Assembly: GCA_003565735.1 (NCBI GenBank)
Contig: PXBB01000015.1
Span: 2,175 to 66,174 of the forward strand
From: Bacteroidales bacterium
Lineage (GTDB): Bacteria; Bacteroidota; Bacteroidia; Bacteroidales; PXBB01
Direction of reading: 5' to 3'
Length of the DNA stretch: 64,000 nt
In this document: in pieces, positions 19,156-27,764 of the stretch
Layout of the letters: every line of letters begins with the position of its first letter
How positions within the stretch are numbered: the stretch's first letter is position 1
Made by a program: the position numbers and the translations under genes
The notes under the pieces: generated by a model
What the model saw: the letters and a program-made list of their open reading frames with translations, nothing else
Told to the model about the DNA's origin: nothing
The model's database searches: none

Positions 19156-20624
19156 TAATCTTCGTATAAATTTAGATAATGCAAGTAGCGTTCCCACACC
19201 TGTCTGGTCATCCTGTAAGTTTCTCTTCCTATTATTGAGCCATGCCTTACAACAGAAGCATTTAGGTATTTAGGGTTTGATTTATGCAAAATATAATAAT
19301 CCACATTATTAAACCACAGCTGTGGATCTCTGCCAAACTTTTCTGCCAATCTTTGAGCATCAGCTACATGCCCCAAGCCCACATTGTAAGAAGCTATAAT
19401 AAACTTCTTCCTTTCGATATCGCAATAGACTTTGGATTTTAGTTGTTGGTCTAACCATTCTAAATACATTACCCCTGCTTTTATTTGTTCTTCGGCTGTT
19501 GAAGTACTGTCAATATTGTACTTTTCAGCTGTTACAGGCATTAACTGCATCAAACCAAAAGCTCCGGCATGAGATACTGCATAGGGATTAAAACGGGATT
19601 CCTGATACATCAAAGAAGCTAACAATCGCCAATCCCAATTTATTCTTTCACTGTATTTCTTTAAATAGTCATCATATATTGATATTCTGTTCCCGCGCGT
19701 AGAAGCGTAGGCACTACGGGATATTCTGACTTGAGAATAGCTATAAAAATACCTATGTAGCAAAGCATTATAGTGTCTGGAATAGATAAAACCATCCAAA
19801 AAGGTATCCAATGCATGCAACAATTCAGGGGTATTTTTTCTCACAGCCCACGCTATATTCTGCTCGAAACTTATGGGCAATGTAACATCTAAGTTAGGGT
19901 AGTATTTAGCATTAAGGCGCGCAACATGAATATCAGCAACGGTATAGTCTATCCGTCCTTTAGCAACCTGTCTTATAAGCATTTCTGTTGAAAAATCAGA
20001 ATTATCAACAATATGAATGGTGTCGCCAATCTCATCCGACAAATTCAGCAATCTTCTGTGATAAGATGTTTTAGATTTCACAAAAACAGTCTTGCCGGCT
20101 AACTCCAAAACCGAATTTACATGGGTGGTATCAAGACGGTGTTTTGGCCGACGCTGCACAAGCACCTGTTGCGTTTGCATAACAGGTGTGGTATAGTCAA
20201 ACAGTTTTTTGCGGTCTTTATCAACAGTTATGTAAGTTGCTATAATATCGCAATTACCACTTTGTAAATGGTGCACAGATTTTTCAAAGTCATTTTCCAC
20301 AATAATTCTTAATGGCACATTGATATGCGCAGCAAATAGGCGTAAAATATCGTATTGAAAACCCATCACGCGCCCTCTGTAAGCATAATAATTGAATGTG
20401 TTGTGGTCGGTAAGTGCTATCAGGTAACCCCTCTCATCAATCTCAGATAAATCAAAAATCAAATCATCAATTTTTGACGGTTTTTTGGTAGGAATTATTA
20501 AAAAGTGTAACAAGAGCAATAAAACAACTGTAGGCAGTATGATGTAAACAGAAAAAACGAAATGCCTGTCTTGCTTCATAATAAAATAATATGATGGTAA
20601 AGATACAATTTTTTGAAATAACAT
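19155..20624 (-). CDS. MltF-like membrane-bound lytic murein transglycosylase (periplasmic solute-binding-like domain plus SLT domain)
   Basis: N-terminal TM segment, an SBP_bac_3-like domain (GFQYDILRLFA..., DIIATYITV) and an SLT catalytic block LMYQESRFNPYAVSHAGAFGLMQLMP. An alternative start is Met16 (20579). Confidence 0.85.
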   Translation of the reverse strand: MLFQKIVSLPSYYFIMKQDRHFVFSVYIILPTVVLLLLLHFLIIPTKKPSKIDDLIFDLSEIDERGYLIALTDHNTFNYYAYRGRVMGFQYDILRLFAAHINVPLRIIVENDFEKSVHHLQSGNCDIIATYITVDKDRKKLFDYTTPVMQTQQVLVQRRPKHRLDTTHVNSVLELAGKTVFVKSKTSYHRRLLNLSDEIGDTIHIVDNSDFSTEMLIRQVAKGRIDYTVADIHVARLNAKYYPNLDVTLPISFEQNIAWAVRKNTPELLHALDTFLDGFIYSRHYNALLHRYFYSYSQVRISRSAYASTRGNRISIYDDYLKKYSERINWDWRLLASLMYQESRFNPYAVSHAGAFGLMQLMPVTAEKYNIDSTSTAEEQIKAGVMYLEWLDQQLKSKVYCDIERKKFIIASYNVGLGHVADAQRLAEKFGRDPQLWFNNVDYYILHKSNPKYLNASVVRHGSIIGRETYRMTRQVWERYLHYLNLYED

Positions 20625-20697
20625 AAAAAATGGGATAAGGTTTTTGCAAAACAGCTAACCTGTATTATATCACAAAAAGTAAACAAAAAATGTATAA

Positions 20698-20874
20698 CCT
20701 TAAATCCGTAAGTGGTTTGCGTAACGAAGGTCTGAAGTGTATTTCAGATGTGGGAAGCGCAAATATGAGCACTCTAAGCGTAGCCGTAGCTACGGTGAAG
20801 AGCGGAATATTGAGCATTTCCGCAGATGGTGTGCAATTCAGACATGCAGTAGCAAATTACATGCGGATTTAAGA
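20698..20874 (+). mobile_element. MITE-like nonautonomous element (copy A): 177 nt, 10-bp perfect terminal inverted repeats, possible TATAA target-site duplication
   Basis: CTTAAATCCG at 20699-20708 and its exact reverse complement CGGATTTAAG at 20864-20873. The TIR extends imperfectly to about 22 nt. TATAA occurs at 20693-20697 and 20875-20879. A second copy in the opposite orientation, ~80-85% identical by eye over ~120 nt, lies at 35528-35647. Confidence 0.55.
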
Positions 20875-20931
20875 TATAAGACTAATTATCAATGCAAAAA
20901 AATTAAAATTCTTAAAAACATTATTTTGTTT

Positions 20932-20981
20932 ACTTTTAGCGAGTGCTTTTACTTTAGGCCATCTGCTGCGTTGCGAAAACC
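20932..20981 (-). repeat. Possible third, heavily degraded fragment of the same repeat family
   Basis: acttttagcgagtgcttttactttaggccatctgctgcgttgcgaaaacc aligns, with gaps, to the reverse complement of copy A (ttagagtgctcatatttgcgc...catctg...cgttacgcaaacc). Weak, by-eye alignment only. Confidence 0.25.
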
Positions 20982-21185
20982 TTGAAATAGTTTACTATGT
21001 CGGCAGCTTTCGACGCCTTGCATCTGACCTAAATTAAAAAGCATGAATAATACAGGCTAAAATTTTTGAAAATTAAAAATTTAAGCAAAAAAAACAGCTT
21101 GTAATTCAACAGTTTTTTATACTTTTACGCTCCCAAAAAAGCAAGATTTTTTTTAATAAACAAACAAATATAAACAATTATAAAA

Positions 21186-23321
21186 ATGAAGATTTATAAG
21201 ACATCAGAAATTAAAAACATCGCTCTTATCGGTGGTGCAAAATCAGGCAAAACAACTCTTTCTGAAGCAATGGTATTTGAAGGAGGTGGCATAAACAGAA
21301 GAGGCACCGTTGATGAAGGAAACACTTTATCAGATTACAGAGAAATTGAATTGGAACGGCAGAACTCCATTTTTTCATCCATTTTATATGCCGAAATAGA
21401 TGGAAAAAAAATAAACATTATTGATAACCCCGGTTTTGACGACTTCATTGGAGAGGTTGTTGCTTCTTTAAAAGTAGCCGATACTGCCTTAATGCTTGTT
21501 AATGCTCAGAATGGTGTCGAAGTTGGAACAGAAATTACCTGGCGTTATACAGTTAAGTATAACAGTCCTGTAATTTTTGTTGTCAATCAACTCGGACATG
21601 ATAAAGCTAATTTCGATGAGACCCTGCGTCAGTTGAAACAACAATTTGGAGAAAAAGTAACAGTCGTTCAATATCCTGTGAATGCTGGATTAGGGTTTGA
21701 CACTGTTATAGATGTTTTACAAATGAAGATGTTGAAATATCCAAAAGAAGGCGGTAAGCCAGAGGTTCATGATATCCCTGCCGAGGAAATGCCTAAAGCT
21801 GAAGAGCTGCAAACCAAACTTATTGAAGCAGCTGCAGAAAGTGATGAAGCTCTTATGGAGAAATTTTTTGACGCAGGAACACTCTCGGAAGAAGAAATGC
21901 AGACAGGTATTAAAATGGGCATCGCTAAAAGAGATATGTTTCCACTTTTCTGTGCCTCTGCTAAAGAAAATATGGGTACCGCTCCATTGCTTAATTTTTT
22001 AGCAAACTTTGCACCACTACCTACTGACCTTGAACCATACAAAACAACAAATGGCAAAGAATTGCACTATAAAATTGACAACCCACCTTGTGCATTTATA
22101 TTCAAAACCTCTATAGAACCTCACTTGGGTGAAGTTTCTTTTTTCAAAGTTCTTGAAGGTGAAATAACCGAAGGTATGGACCTTGTTAACACAGCAACCA
22201 ATACCAAAGAACGTATATCACAAATTTTTGCCATTTATGGTAAAAACCGTACTAAGCTCGAAAAAGCTGTAGCCGGTGATATTGTAGCTACTGTTAAACT
22301 CAAGGACTCTTACACCAATAATACACTGGCAACTGCGAAAAACTCCGAAGATGTTATTGAACCCATCGTTTTCCCTGAGCCAAAATTCCGAACAGCCATA
22401 AAAGCAAAAAATGCAGCTGATGATGAAAAACTGGGCAGTGTTTTAAAACGACTACGCAATATTGACCCAACCATAATTGTTGAACATTCCGTTGAATTGA
22501 AACAGATTATTGTTCACGGTCAAGGCGAACTGCATCTTAATATTCTAAAATGGCAGGTAGAAAACCTTGACAAAATTGAAATTGAGTTTATTACACCCAA
22601 AATACCTTATCGTGAAACCATTACCAAGCCGGCTAAAGCAACTTACAGACATAAAAAGCAGTCGGGTGGTGCCGGTCAGTTTGGTGAAGTGTATATGCTC
22701 ATAGAGCCTTTCATAGAAGGGAAAACCGACCAAACAGAGTTTCCTATCAGAGGCAGAGATGAGATTAAACTCAACTGGAGTGGTAAACTTATTTATCACA
22801 ACTGTATTGTTGGTGGCGCCATTGACGCACGTTTTCACCCAGCCATCATTAAGGGCATCATGGAGAAAATGGAAGAAGGTCCGCTAACAGGATCTTATGC
22901 AAGAGATATCATCGTAAATGTTTATGATGGTAAAATGCACCCCGTTGATTCTAACGAAATATCTTTTAAACTAGCAGGAAGAAATGCCTTTAGAGAAGCT
23001 TTCAAAAATGCAGGACCCAAAATTTTGGAACCCATTTATGATGTGGAAGTTATCGTTCCTGAAGATCGTATGGGAGATGTTATTACCGACTTGCAAGGAC
23101 GAAGAGGCGTAATGATGGGAATGGAAAGTGAAGGCAATTATCAAAAAGTAAAAGCACGTGTTCCGTTAGCTGAAATGAACAAGTATTCAACAGCACTCAG
23201 CTCCATTACCAGTGGAAGAGCCACTTATTCTCTGCGCTTTTTGGAATATCAACAAGTGCCACCTGATGTTCAAGATGTGCTTATAAAGGCATACGAAGCG
23301 CAAGAACAAGAAGAAGAATAA
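21186..23321 (+). CDS. Elongation factor G paralog (EF-G2-like) with a degenerate GTPase active site
   Basis: Five-domain EF-G architecture (G domain, domain II VSFFKVLEGEITEGMDL, domain IV GQGELHLNI...SGGAGQFGEV, domain V EPIYDVEVIVPEDRMGDVITDLQGRRG). G1 is GGAKSGKT, G3 is DNPGFDDF (Phe where DxPGH has His), and the NKxD position reads NQLG. Confidence 0.85.
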   Translation: MKIYKTSEIKNIALIGGAKSGKTTLSEAMVFEGGGINRRGTVDEGNTLSDYREIELERQNSIFSSILYAEIDGKKINIIDNPGFDDFIGEVVASLKVADTALMLVNAQNGVEVGTEITWRYTVKYNSPVIFVVNQLGHDKANFDETLRQLKQQFGEKVTVVQYPVNAGLGFDTVIDVLQMKMLKYPKEGGKPEVHDIPAEEMPKAEELQTKLIEAAAESDEALMEKFFDAGTLSEEEMQTGIKMGIAKRDMFPLFCASAKENMGTAPLLNFLANFAPLPTDLEPYKTTNGKELHYKIDNPPCAFIFKTSIEPHLGEVSFFKVLEGEITEGMDLVNTATNTKERISQIFAIYGKNRTKLEKAVAGDIVATVKLKDSYTNNTLATAKNSEDVIEPIVFPEPKFRTAIKAKNAADDEKLGSVLKRLRNIDPTIIVEHSVELKQIIVHGQGELHLNILKWQVENLDKIEIEFITPKIPYRETITKPAKATYRHKKQSGGAGQFGEVYMLIEPFIEGKTDQTEFPIRGRDEIKLNWSGKLIYHNCIVGGAIDARFHPAIIKGIMEKMEEGPLTGSYARDIIVNVYDGKMHPVDSNEISFKLAGRNAFREAFKNAGPKILEPIYDVEVIVPEDRMGDVITDLQGRRGVMMGMESEGNYQKVKARVPLAEMNKYSTALSSITSGRATYSLRFLEYQQVPPDVQDVLIKAYEAQEQEEE

Positions 23322-23370
23322 AATTTGTACACCCTTTTATTTTGTGTACTGATGTTTTTGTTATAAATTA

Positions 23371-23407
23371 GTGCCCCCGAACCTTATGGGTTAAAGGGCA
23401 CTTTTTT
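23371..23407 (+). terminator. Rho-independent terminator downstream of the EF-G paralog
   Basis: GTGCCC (23371-23376) pairs with GGGCAC (23396-23401), there is an inner AACC/GGTT helix, and a T6 run follows (23402-23407). Confidence 0.6.
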
Positions 23408-23429
23408 AATATTATAATACCCAACAGCT

Positions 23430-24155
23430 ATGATACTAAGAACAGAAAACCTCGTGAAAGTTTATAACAAACGTGCTGTGGTTAACGATGTATCTGTCAG
23501 TGTTAAACGTGGTGAAATTGTAGGGTTACTCGGTCCTAATTGCGCAGGCAAAACAACCACCTTTTACATGATTGTAGGTTTGATAAAACCTTTGGAAGGA
23601 AAGATATTTCTGGACAGTAAAAATATCACCAAAGAAGCTATGTACAAAAGAGCCCAAAAAGGCATTGGCTATTTGGCACAAGAGCCTTCTGTTTTTAGAC
23701 AATTAAGCGTTGAAGATAATATAAAAGCCATACTGGAATTCAGCACCCTTAACAAAGACCAAAGAAAAGACAAATTAGAAGAGCTGTTGCATGAGTTTGG
23801 ATTACACCATGTGCGTAAAAGCTTAGGTATTCAACTTTCAGGAGGCGAACGCCGCCGCACTGAAATAGCACGCTCCTTGGCACTCAACCCTATGTTTATC
23901 CTACTTGACGAACCTTTTGCCGGCGTTGACCCTATTGCCGTAGAGGATATACAAACTATCGTTACCAAATTAAAAGAAAAAAATATAGGCATTCTTATTA
24001 CCGACCATAACGTTCACGAAACACTATCAATAACCGACAGGGCATACTTGCTTTTTGAAGGTAAAATCCTCAAAGATGGTACTGCCGAAGACCTTGCAGC
24101 CGACGAAAGGGTAAGAGAACTATATTTGGGTACAAAATTTAAACTTGACAGATAA
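23430..24155 (+). CDS. lptB: LPS export ABC transporter ATP-binding protein
   Basis: Walker [11 protein letters not shown]-loop YLAQE, signature LSGGERRR, Walker [14 protein letters not shown]-loop ITDHN, and the C-terminal RELYLG typical of LptB. Confidence 0.9.
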   Translation: MILRTENLVKVYNKRAVVNDVSVSVKRGEIVGLLGPNCAGKTTTFYMIVGLIKPLEGKIFLDSKNITKEAMYKRAQKGIGYLAQEPSVFRQLSVEDNIKAILEFSTLNKDQRKDKLEELLHEFGLHHVRKSLGIQLSGGERRRTEIARSLALNPMFILLDEPFAGVDPIAVEDIQTIVTKLKEKNIGILITDHNVHETLSITDRAYLLFEGKILKDGTAEDLAADERVRELYLGTKFKLDR

Positions 24156-24160
24156 AGCTT

Positions 24161-25039
24161 ATGCCATCCGAAAAAATTATTGATGCTTTTACCAATGAAT
24201 ACAACAAGAAGTATGGCGAAAAACCTGTCATCGAAAAAAAAATAAGTGTTTCCGGAGGTTGTATTAACAAAGGGGTAGGATTATTATGTGCAGAGTCGGG
24301 CTTTTTTATTAAGTGGAATTTAAAAAATGCTTACCCCGGAATGTTCGAAACCGAAGCAAAAGGCTTAAAACTTTTGTTGAAATCAAACACCCTTACAATC
24401 CCACGCCCACTGTTATGCGGAGAAATTGATGAATGGGCTTTCATTGCAATGGAATTTATTAAAAGCGCCCCACAGAAACCTGACTTCTGGATACTTTTTG
24501 GACAAAAACTTGCAGCAATGCATAAACACAGCAGTGGTTTTTTTGGCTTAGAGTATGATAACTATATAGGCTCATTACCACAATCAAATAATAAAAAACA
24601 TAGCTGGCCTGAATTTTTTGCTTCAGAAAGACTTGATAGATTATGTGAAAAAGCTTTTAATGAGGGGCTGCTTAGCAGCAAACATATAAGACATTTTGAA
24701 AGTTTCTACAAAAAGCTGCCCGACATTTTTCCCGACGAACCCCCTGCCCTACTCCACGGGGACTTATGGAACGGAAATTATATGATTGATAAAAATGGGG
24801 ACGCCTGTATCATGGACCCCGTAGTATATTATGGTCATAGAGAAATGGACTTGGGTATGAGTAAACTCTTTGGGGGATTTGCAGCTGAATTTTATGATGC
24901 ATACCACAATTCATACCCTTTAGAACACGGTTGGCAAGAACGGCTAAACTATTGTAATTTGTATCCGCTATTGGTTCATCTTATTCTTTTTGGAAGCAGT
25001 TACCGTAGCAGTATAGACAATATCATCAATAAGTTTTAA
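24161..25039 (+). CDS. Fructosamine/ketosamine-3-kinase family protein
   Basis: FIKWN, MFETEAKGL, IPRPL, and the catalytic region LLHGDLWNGNYM...IMDPVVYYGHREMDLGM. Confidence 0.85.
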   Translation: MPSEKIIDAFTNEYNKKYGEKPVIEKKISVSGGCINKGVGLLCAESGFFIKWNLKNAYPGMFETEAKGLKLLLKSNTLTIPRPLLCGEIDEWAFIAMEFIKSAPQKPDFWILFGQKLAAMHKHSSGFFGLEYDNYIGSLPQSNNKKHSWPEFFASERLDRLCEKAFNEGLLSSKHIRHFESFYKKLPDIFPDEPPALLHGDLWNGNYMIDKNGDACIMDPVVYYGHREMDLGMSKLFGGFAAEFYDAYHNSYPLEHGWQERLNYCNLYPLLVHLILFGSSYRSSIDNIINKF

Positions 25040-25056
25040 TACAAGCAAACAAAAAA

Positions 25057-25088
25057 AACCAAAAAGCAATGCTTTTTGGTTTTTTTTG
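25057..25088. terminator. Bidirectional rho-independent terminator between convergent genes
   Basis: AACCAAAAAGC (25057-25067), loop aat, GCTTTTTGGTT (25071-25081). An A-run precedes it and a T-run follows, so it can terminate transcription on both strands. Confidence 0.65.
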
Positions 25089-25109
25089 TTTGTTCAGAAA
25101 CTGTTGCTG

Positions 25110-26399
25110 TTACTGCACAATAAATTTCTTAGTAGCTGTTTCGTTACCCATTTCTAAGGTATAGAAATACAAGCCGGATTGCATATCATTTGTATTGATT
25201 TCAATCACTTGATATCCTTCTTTAAGGTTTTCATTAACAAATATTTCTTGACCAATGACATTTCTAATTACCAAACGGGCATCAGAAGATAAGCTCACAG
25301 GAATGTTAATAAGATTTCCTTGGGCTGTTGGGTTTGGATAAGCATCACCAAGAACCATGCTGTTGTCTTTGGTAATATTGTTTACATCTACAGTACCACA
25401 TTCTGTCTCACAAGTGATTTTATACAGAATCCAATGGTGCTCATAACTATATGTCGGCTGGTTGCCCATATAAGCAAACGAAGGTATATACATGCCATTC
25501 CAGTTGCCTGCCATATCATATCTTACATCCTTTGGAACAATATATGACACATTGTAATCACCCTTGGAATATAATGGGAAAGAATTATCTTGTTGTTTGA
25601 AAGACAAGAATCTTATTCTGTTCATATCATTTAGAAAATCTGTGTGAGGCGTCCAGGTGTATCCGGGAATAAATTTCACAGCAAGCCCCACATATTCGCC
25701 AGCGAGAATTGTCGGAAGGTCGGGAGTGGCAATAGATAAAATATGTAGGCCATTGGAAAGAGAGTCAGCGTAAACTTGTTCGTCAAGAGGAAGTTTGTAA
25801 ACAAATTTTGCAGGGTGGTCTAATTCGTTATTAGCAGAGTAATATTCTAATCCTCTAAACGAAACAGTGTCTGCTCCTAAGTTAGCGTTTACATTACCGC
25901 CGGCAAAATACCAGCTTGACAAGTCACCGTTAACAACAACTTCAAAGACAAGTGTATCAACAATGTTAGGGTCAACAAGATTTCTGTCATAAATAGCAAT
26001 CATAGAAATAGAATCAAGTGTGTACGTACTGTGTTTGCTCAATGCTAATTCCTGATTGTGCATCATGGGATTGTTGAAAAACTGAGAAGTTACATCCAAT
26101 ACATCTCCTAAGGCATGAATCCAAGGCGTACCGGGACCATCAGCATATTGAAATAATATGGTAGAGTCTGGAAACAAATTGTTAGCAAATAGCACTGACT
26201 CCCCGCTAAAGAAAACATCCATGGTTTGCCCGTAGTTATACCATCTTTCATTAGCTTTGGTTGTAGTTTTAACAACATTGTTCTTGTCCAACTGAATAAT
26301 TTCACCCTGTTGAGAAGGATGCGTCAGCGTTGGAAGCTGCTGTGCTATACTGCTGCTAAATAGAAAAACAACAGCAAGCAAGAAAGTAATCTTTTTCAT
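25110..26399 (-). CDS. Secreted protein of unknown function with a T9SS type A C-terminal sorting domain
   Basis: Signal peptide MKKITFLLAVVFLFSSSIAQ. C-terminus YPNPTAQGNLINIPVSL...LVIRNVIGQEIF...MQSGLYFYTLEMGNETATKKFIVQ is a Por_Secre_tail-type CTD. The ~330-aa body has no motif I recognise. Confidence 0.75.
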   Translation of the reverse strand: MKKITFLLAVVFLFSSSIAQQLPTLTHPSQQGEIIQLDKNNVVKTTTKANERWYNYGQTMDVFFSGESVLFANNLFPDSTILFQYADGPGTPWIHALGDVLDVTSQFFNNPMMHNQELALSKHSTYTLDSISMIAIYDRNLVDPNIVDTLVFEVVVNGDLSSWYFAGGNVNANLGADTVSFRGLEYYSANNELDHPAKFVYKLPLDEQVYADSLSNGLHILSIATPDLPTILAGEYVGLAVKFIPGYTWTPHTDFLNDMNRIRFLSFKQQDNSFPLYSKGDYNVSYIVPKDVRYDMAGNWNGMYIPSFAYMGNQPTYSYEHHWILYKITCETECGTVDVNNITKDNSMVLGDAYPNPTAQGNLINIPVSLSSDARLVIRNVIGQEIFVNENLKEGYQVIEINTNDMQSGLYFYTLEMGNETATKKFIVQ

Positions 26400-26572
26400 A
26401 CTAAAAAATTTATTGGTTAATAATTTTGTATTTAATCAATGCAAAGATAAAAAAGAATTTAATATTAAAAAAAAAAAAATGATTTTTTTTTAATATTTGC
26501 GCAGCCCCTGTAAATACAAAACCCAAATCAAAAATTATGCTTAGTTTTACACTTGGCTTCAAAAAAAATATT

Positions 26573-27148
26573 ATGAAAAAAATTGCTATTTTTGCCTCTG
26601 GTAGTGGAACCAATACCCAGTGTATTGCCGAATATTTTCAAAATAAAAACAGTGCATGTGTGGCACTTATCCTGACTAACAAAGCTGATGCTTACGTTAT
26701 CGAAAGAGCCAGGCGCTTGGCTATTCCATATCTGGTTTTTGATAAAAATGACCTGCTCAACGAAACATTTATGCTAAATCATCTTAAAAAGCATGACATA
26801 AGTCTTATTGTTCTGGCCGGCTTTTTATTAAAAATCCCCCCTTATCTTATAGAAGCTTATCCTCAAAAAATAATCAATATACATCCGGCTCTTTTGCCAA
26901 AATATGGCGGCAAAGGCATGTATGGAAACAATGTACACAAAGCAGTTCTGAATAATAATGAACATACTTCGGGCATCAGCATACATTATGTAAATGACCA
27001 CTATGATGAGGGTGCTGTTATTTTTCAAAAAGAAACCACAGTTGAACCGTCAGATAATATTGAGACCCTCGCTGCAAAAATTCACCAACTGGAATACACG
27101 TACTACCCCCGTGTTATCGAAAATATTCTTAATGAGTCGGCTGACTGA
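26573..27148 (+). CDS. purN: Phosphoribosylglycinamide formyltransferase
   Basis: ORF 26537..27148. The internal ATG at 26573 gives MKKIAIFASGSGTN. Also VLAGFL, IINIHPALLPKYGG, and GISIHYVNDHYDEGAVI (catalytic N/H/D). Confidence 0.92.
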   Translation: MKKIAIFASGSGTNTQCIAEYFQNKNSACVALILTNKADAYVIERARRLAIPYLVFDKNDLLNETFMLNHLKKHDISLIVLAGFLLKIPPYLIEAYPQKIINIHPALLPKYGGKGMYGNNVHKAVLNNNEHTSGISIHYVNDHYDEGAVIFQKETTVEPSDNIETLAAKIHQLEYTYYPRVIENILNESAD

Positions 27149-27160
27149 TAAAAAGGGTGA

Positions 27161-27577
27161 CTACAAATAAGCTCTGCACATGTGTAAGGCTTCCTCAATG
27201 TTATGATGGTTAAGGTCGCGTGCTTTTACCCAATCTTCACATGCCGCAGGCATATTGTTCCTAAACTGAAACAAACGCCCCCTGCCATAATATGCATCAG
27301 AGTTTTCGGGATCCAGTTCTATGGCTTTGGTGAAATCTTCCAAAGCTTCGTCAATGTTTCCCCTGACAAAAAAAATGCGTGCCCTTTCAACATAAGCCTG
27401 CGAAAATGAAGGGTCTTTTTCAATAGCCTTTTCGAAATATTTAAAAGCCTCATCGGTTCTTTGTTTACGCATGCTGCGCTGCCCTTCATGCAAATAATCA
27501 TCTGCCGACATACCCCCACATGATACAAATAATATTAATAACAAAACTTTTACAAAAAATAAACCCTTCAAATACAT
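27161..27577 (-). CDS. Tetratricopeptide-repeat lipoprotein
   Basis: Lipobox LFVSC. Three TPR-like units (AFKYFEKAIEKDPSFSQAY, ALEDFTKAIELDPENSDAYYGRG). Confidence 0.75.
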   Translation of the reverse strand: MYLKGLFFVKVLLLILFVSCGGMSADDYLHEGQRSMRKQRTDEAFKYFEKAIEKDPSFSQAYVERARIFFVRGNIDEALEDFTKAIELDPENSDAYYGRGRLFQFRNNMPAACEDWVKARDLNHHNIEEALHMCRAYL

Positions 27578-27764
27578 AGCTGTTTTTTTTCAATGTTTAA
27601 AACACAAATATCTGCTTTTTTTTTATTCCCAAAACTTAAAAATAGTAAAAATTGAAGCAAGACAAATAAAATATTATGAAATAAAATGTTACTTTTGTGT
27701 AAAATTCTTACATAAGTTGCTCATTTGAACTACTATTTTTAATAATAACCAAAAAAACTGTTTC

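Noticed and set aside
20698-20874. The idea that copy A is a 6S-like or other structured small RNA, given that its ~175 nt have paired ends.
   Set aside because: The internal palindrome CCGTAGCTACGG and other candidate helices are not maintained in copy B, where the substitutions are non-compensatory (cattgataagg). A decaying mobile element fits better. This is not fully excluded without a covariance search.
20690-20985. Two small ORFs (60 and 82 aa) in the mltF-like/EF-G intergenic region.
   Set aside because: They coincide with the MITE-like repeat and its flanks. The homologous copy at 35.5 kb does not preserve either reading frame.
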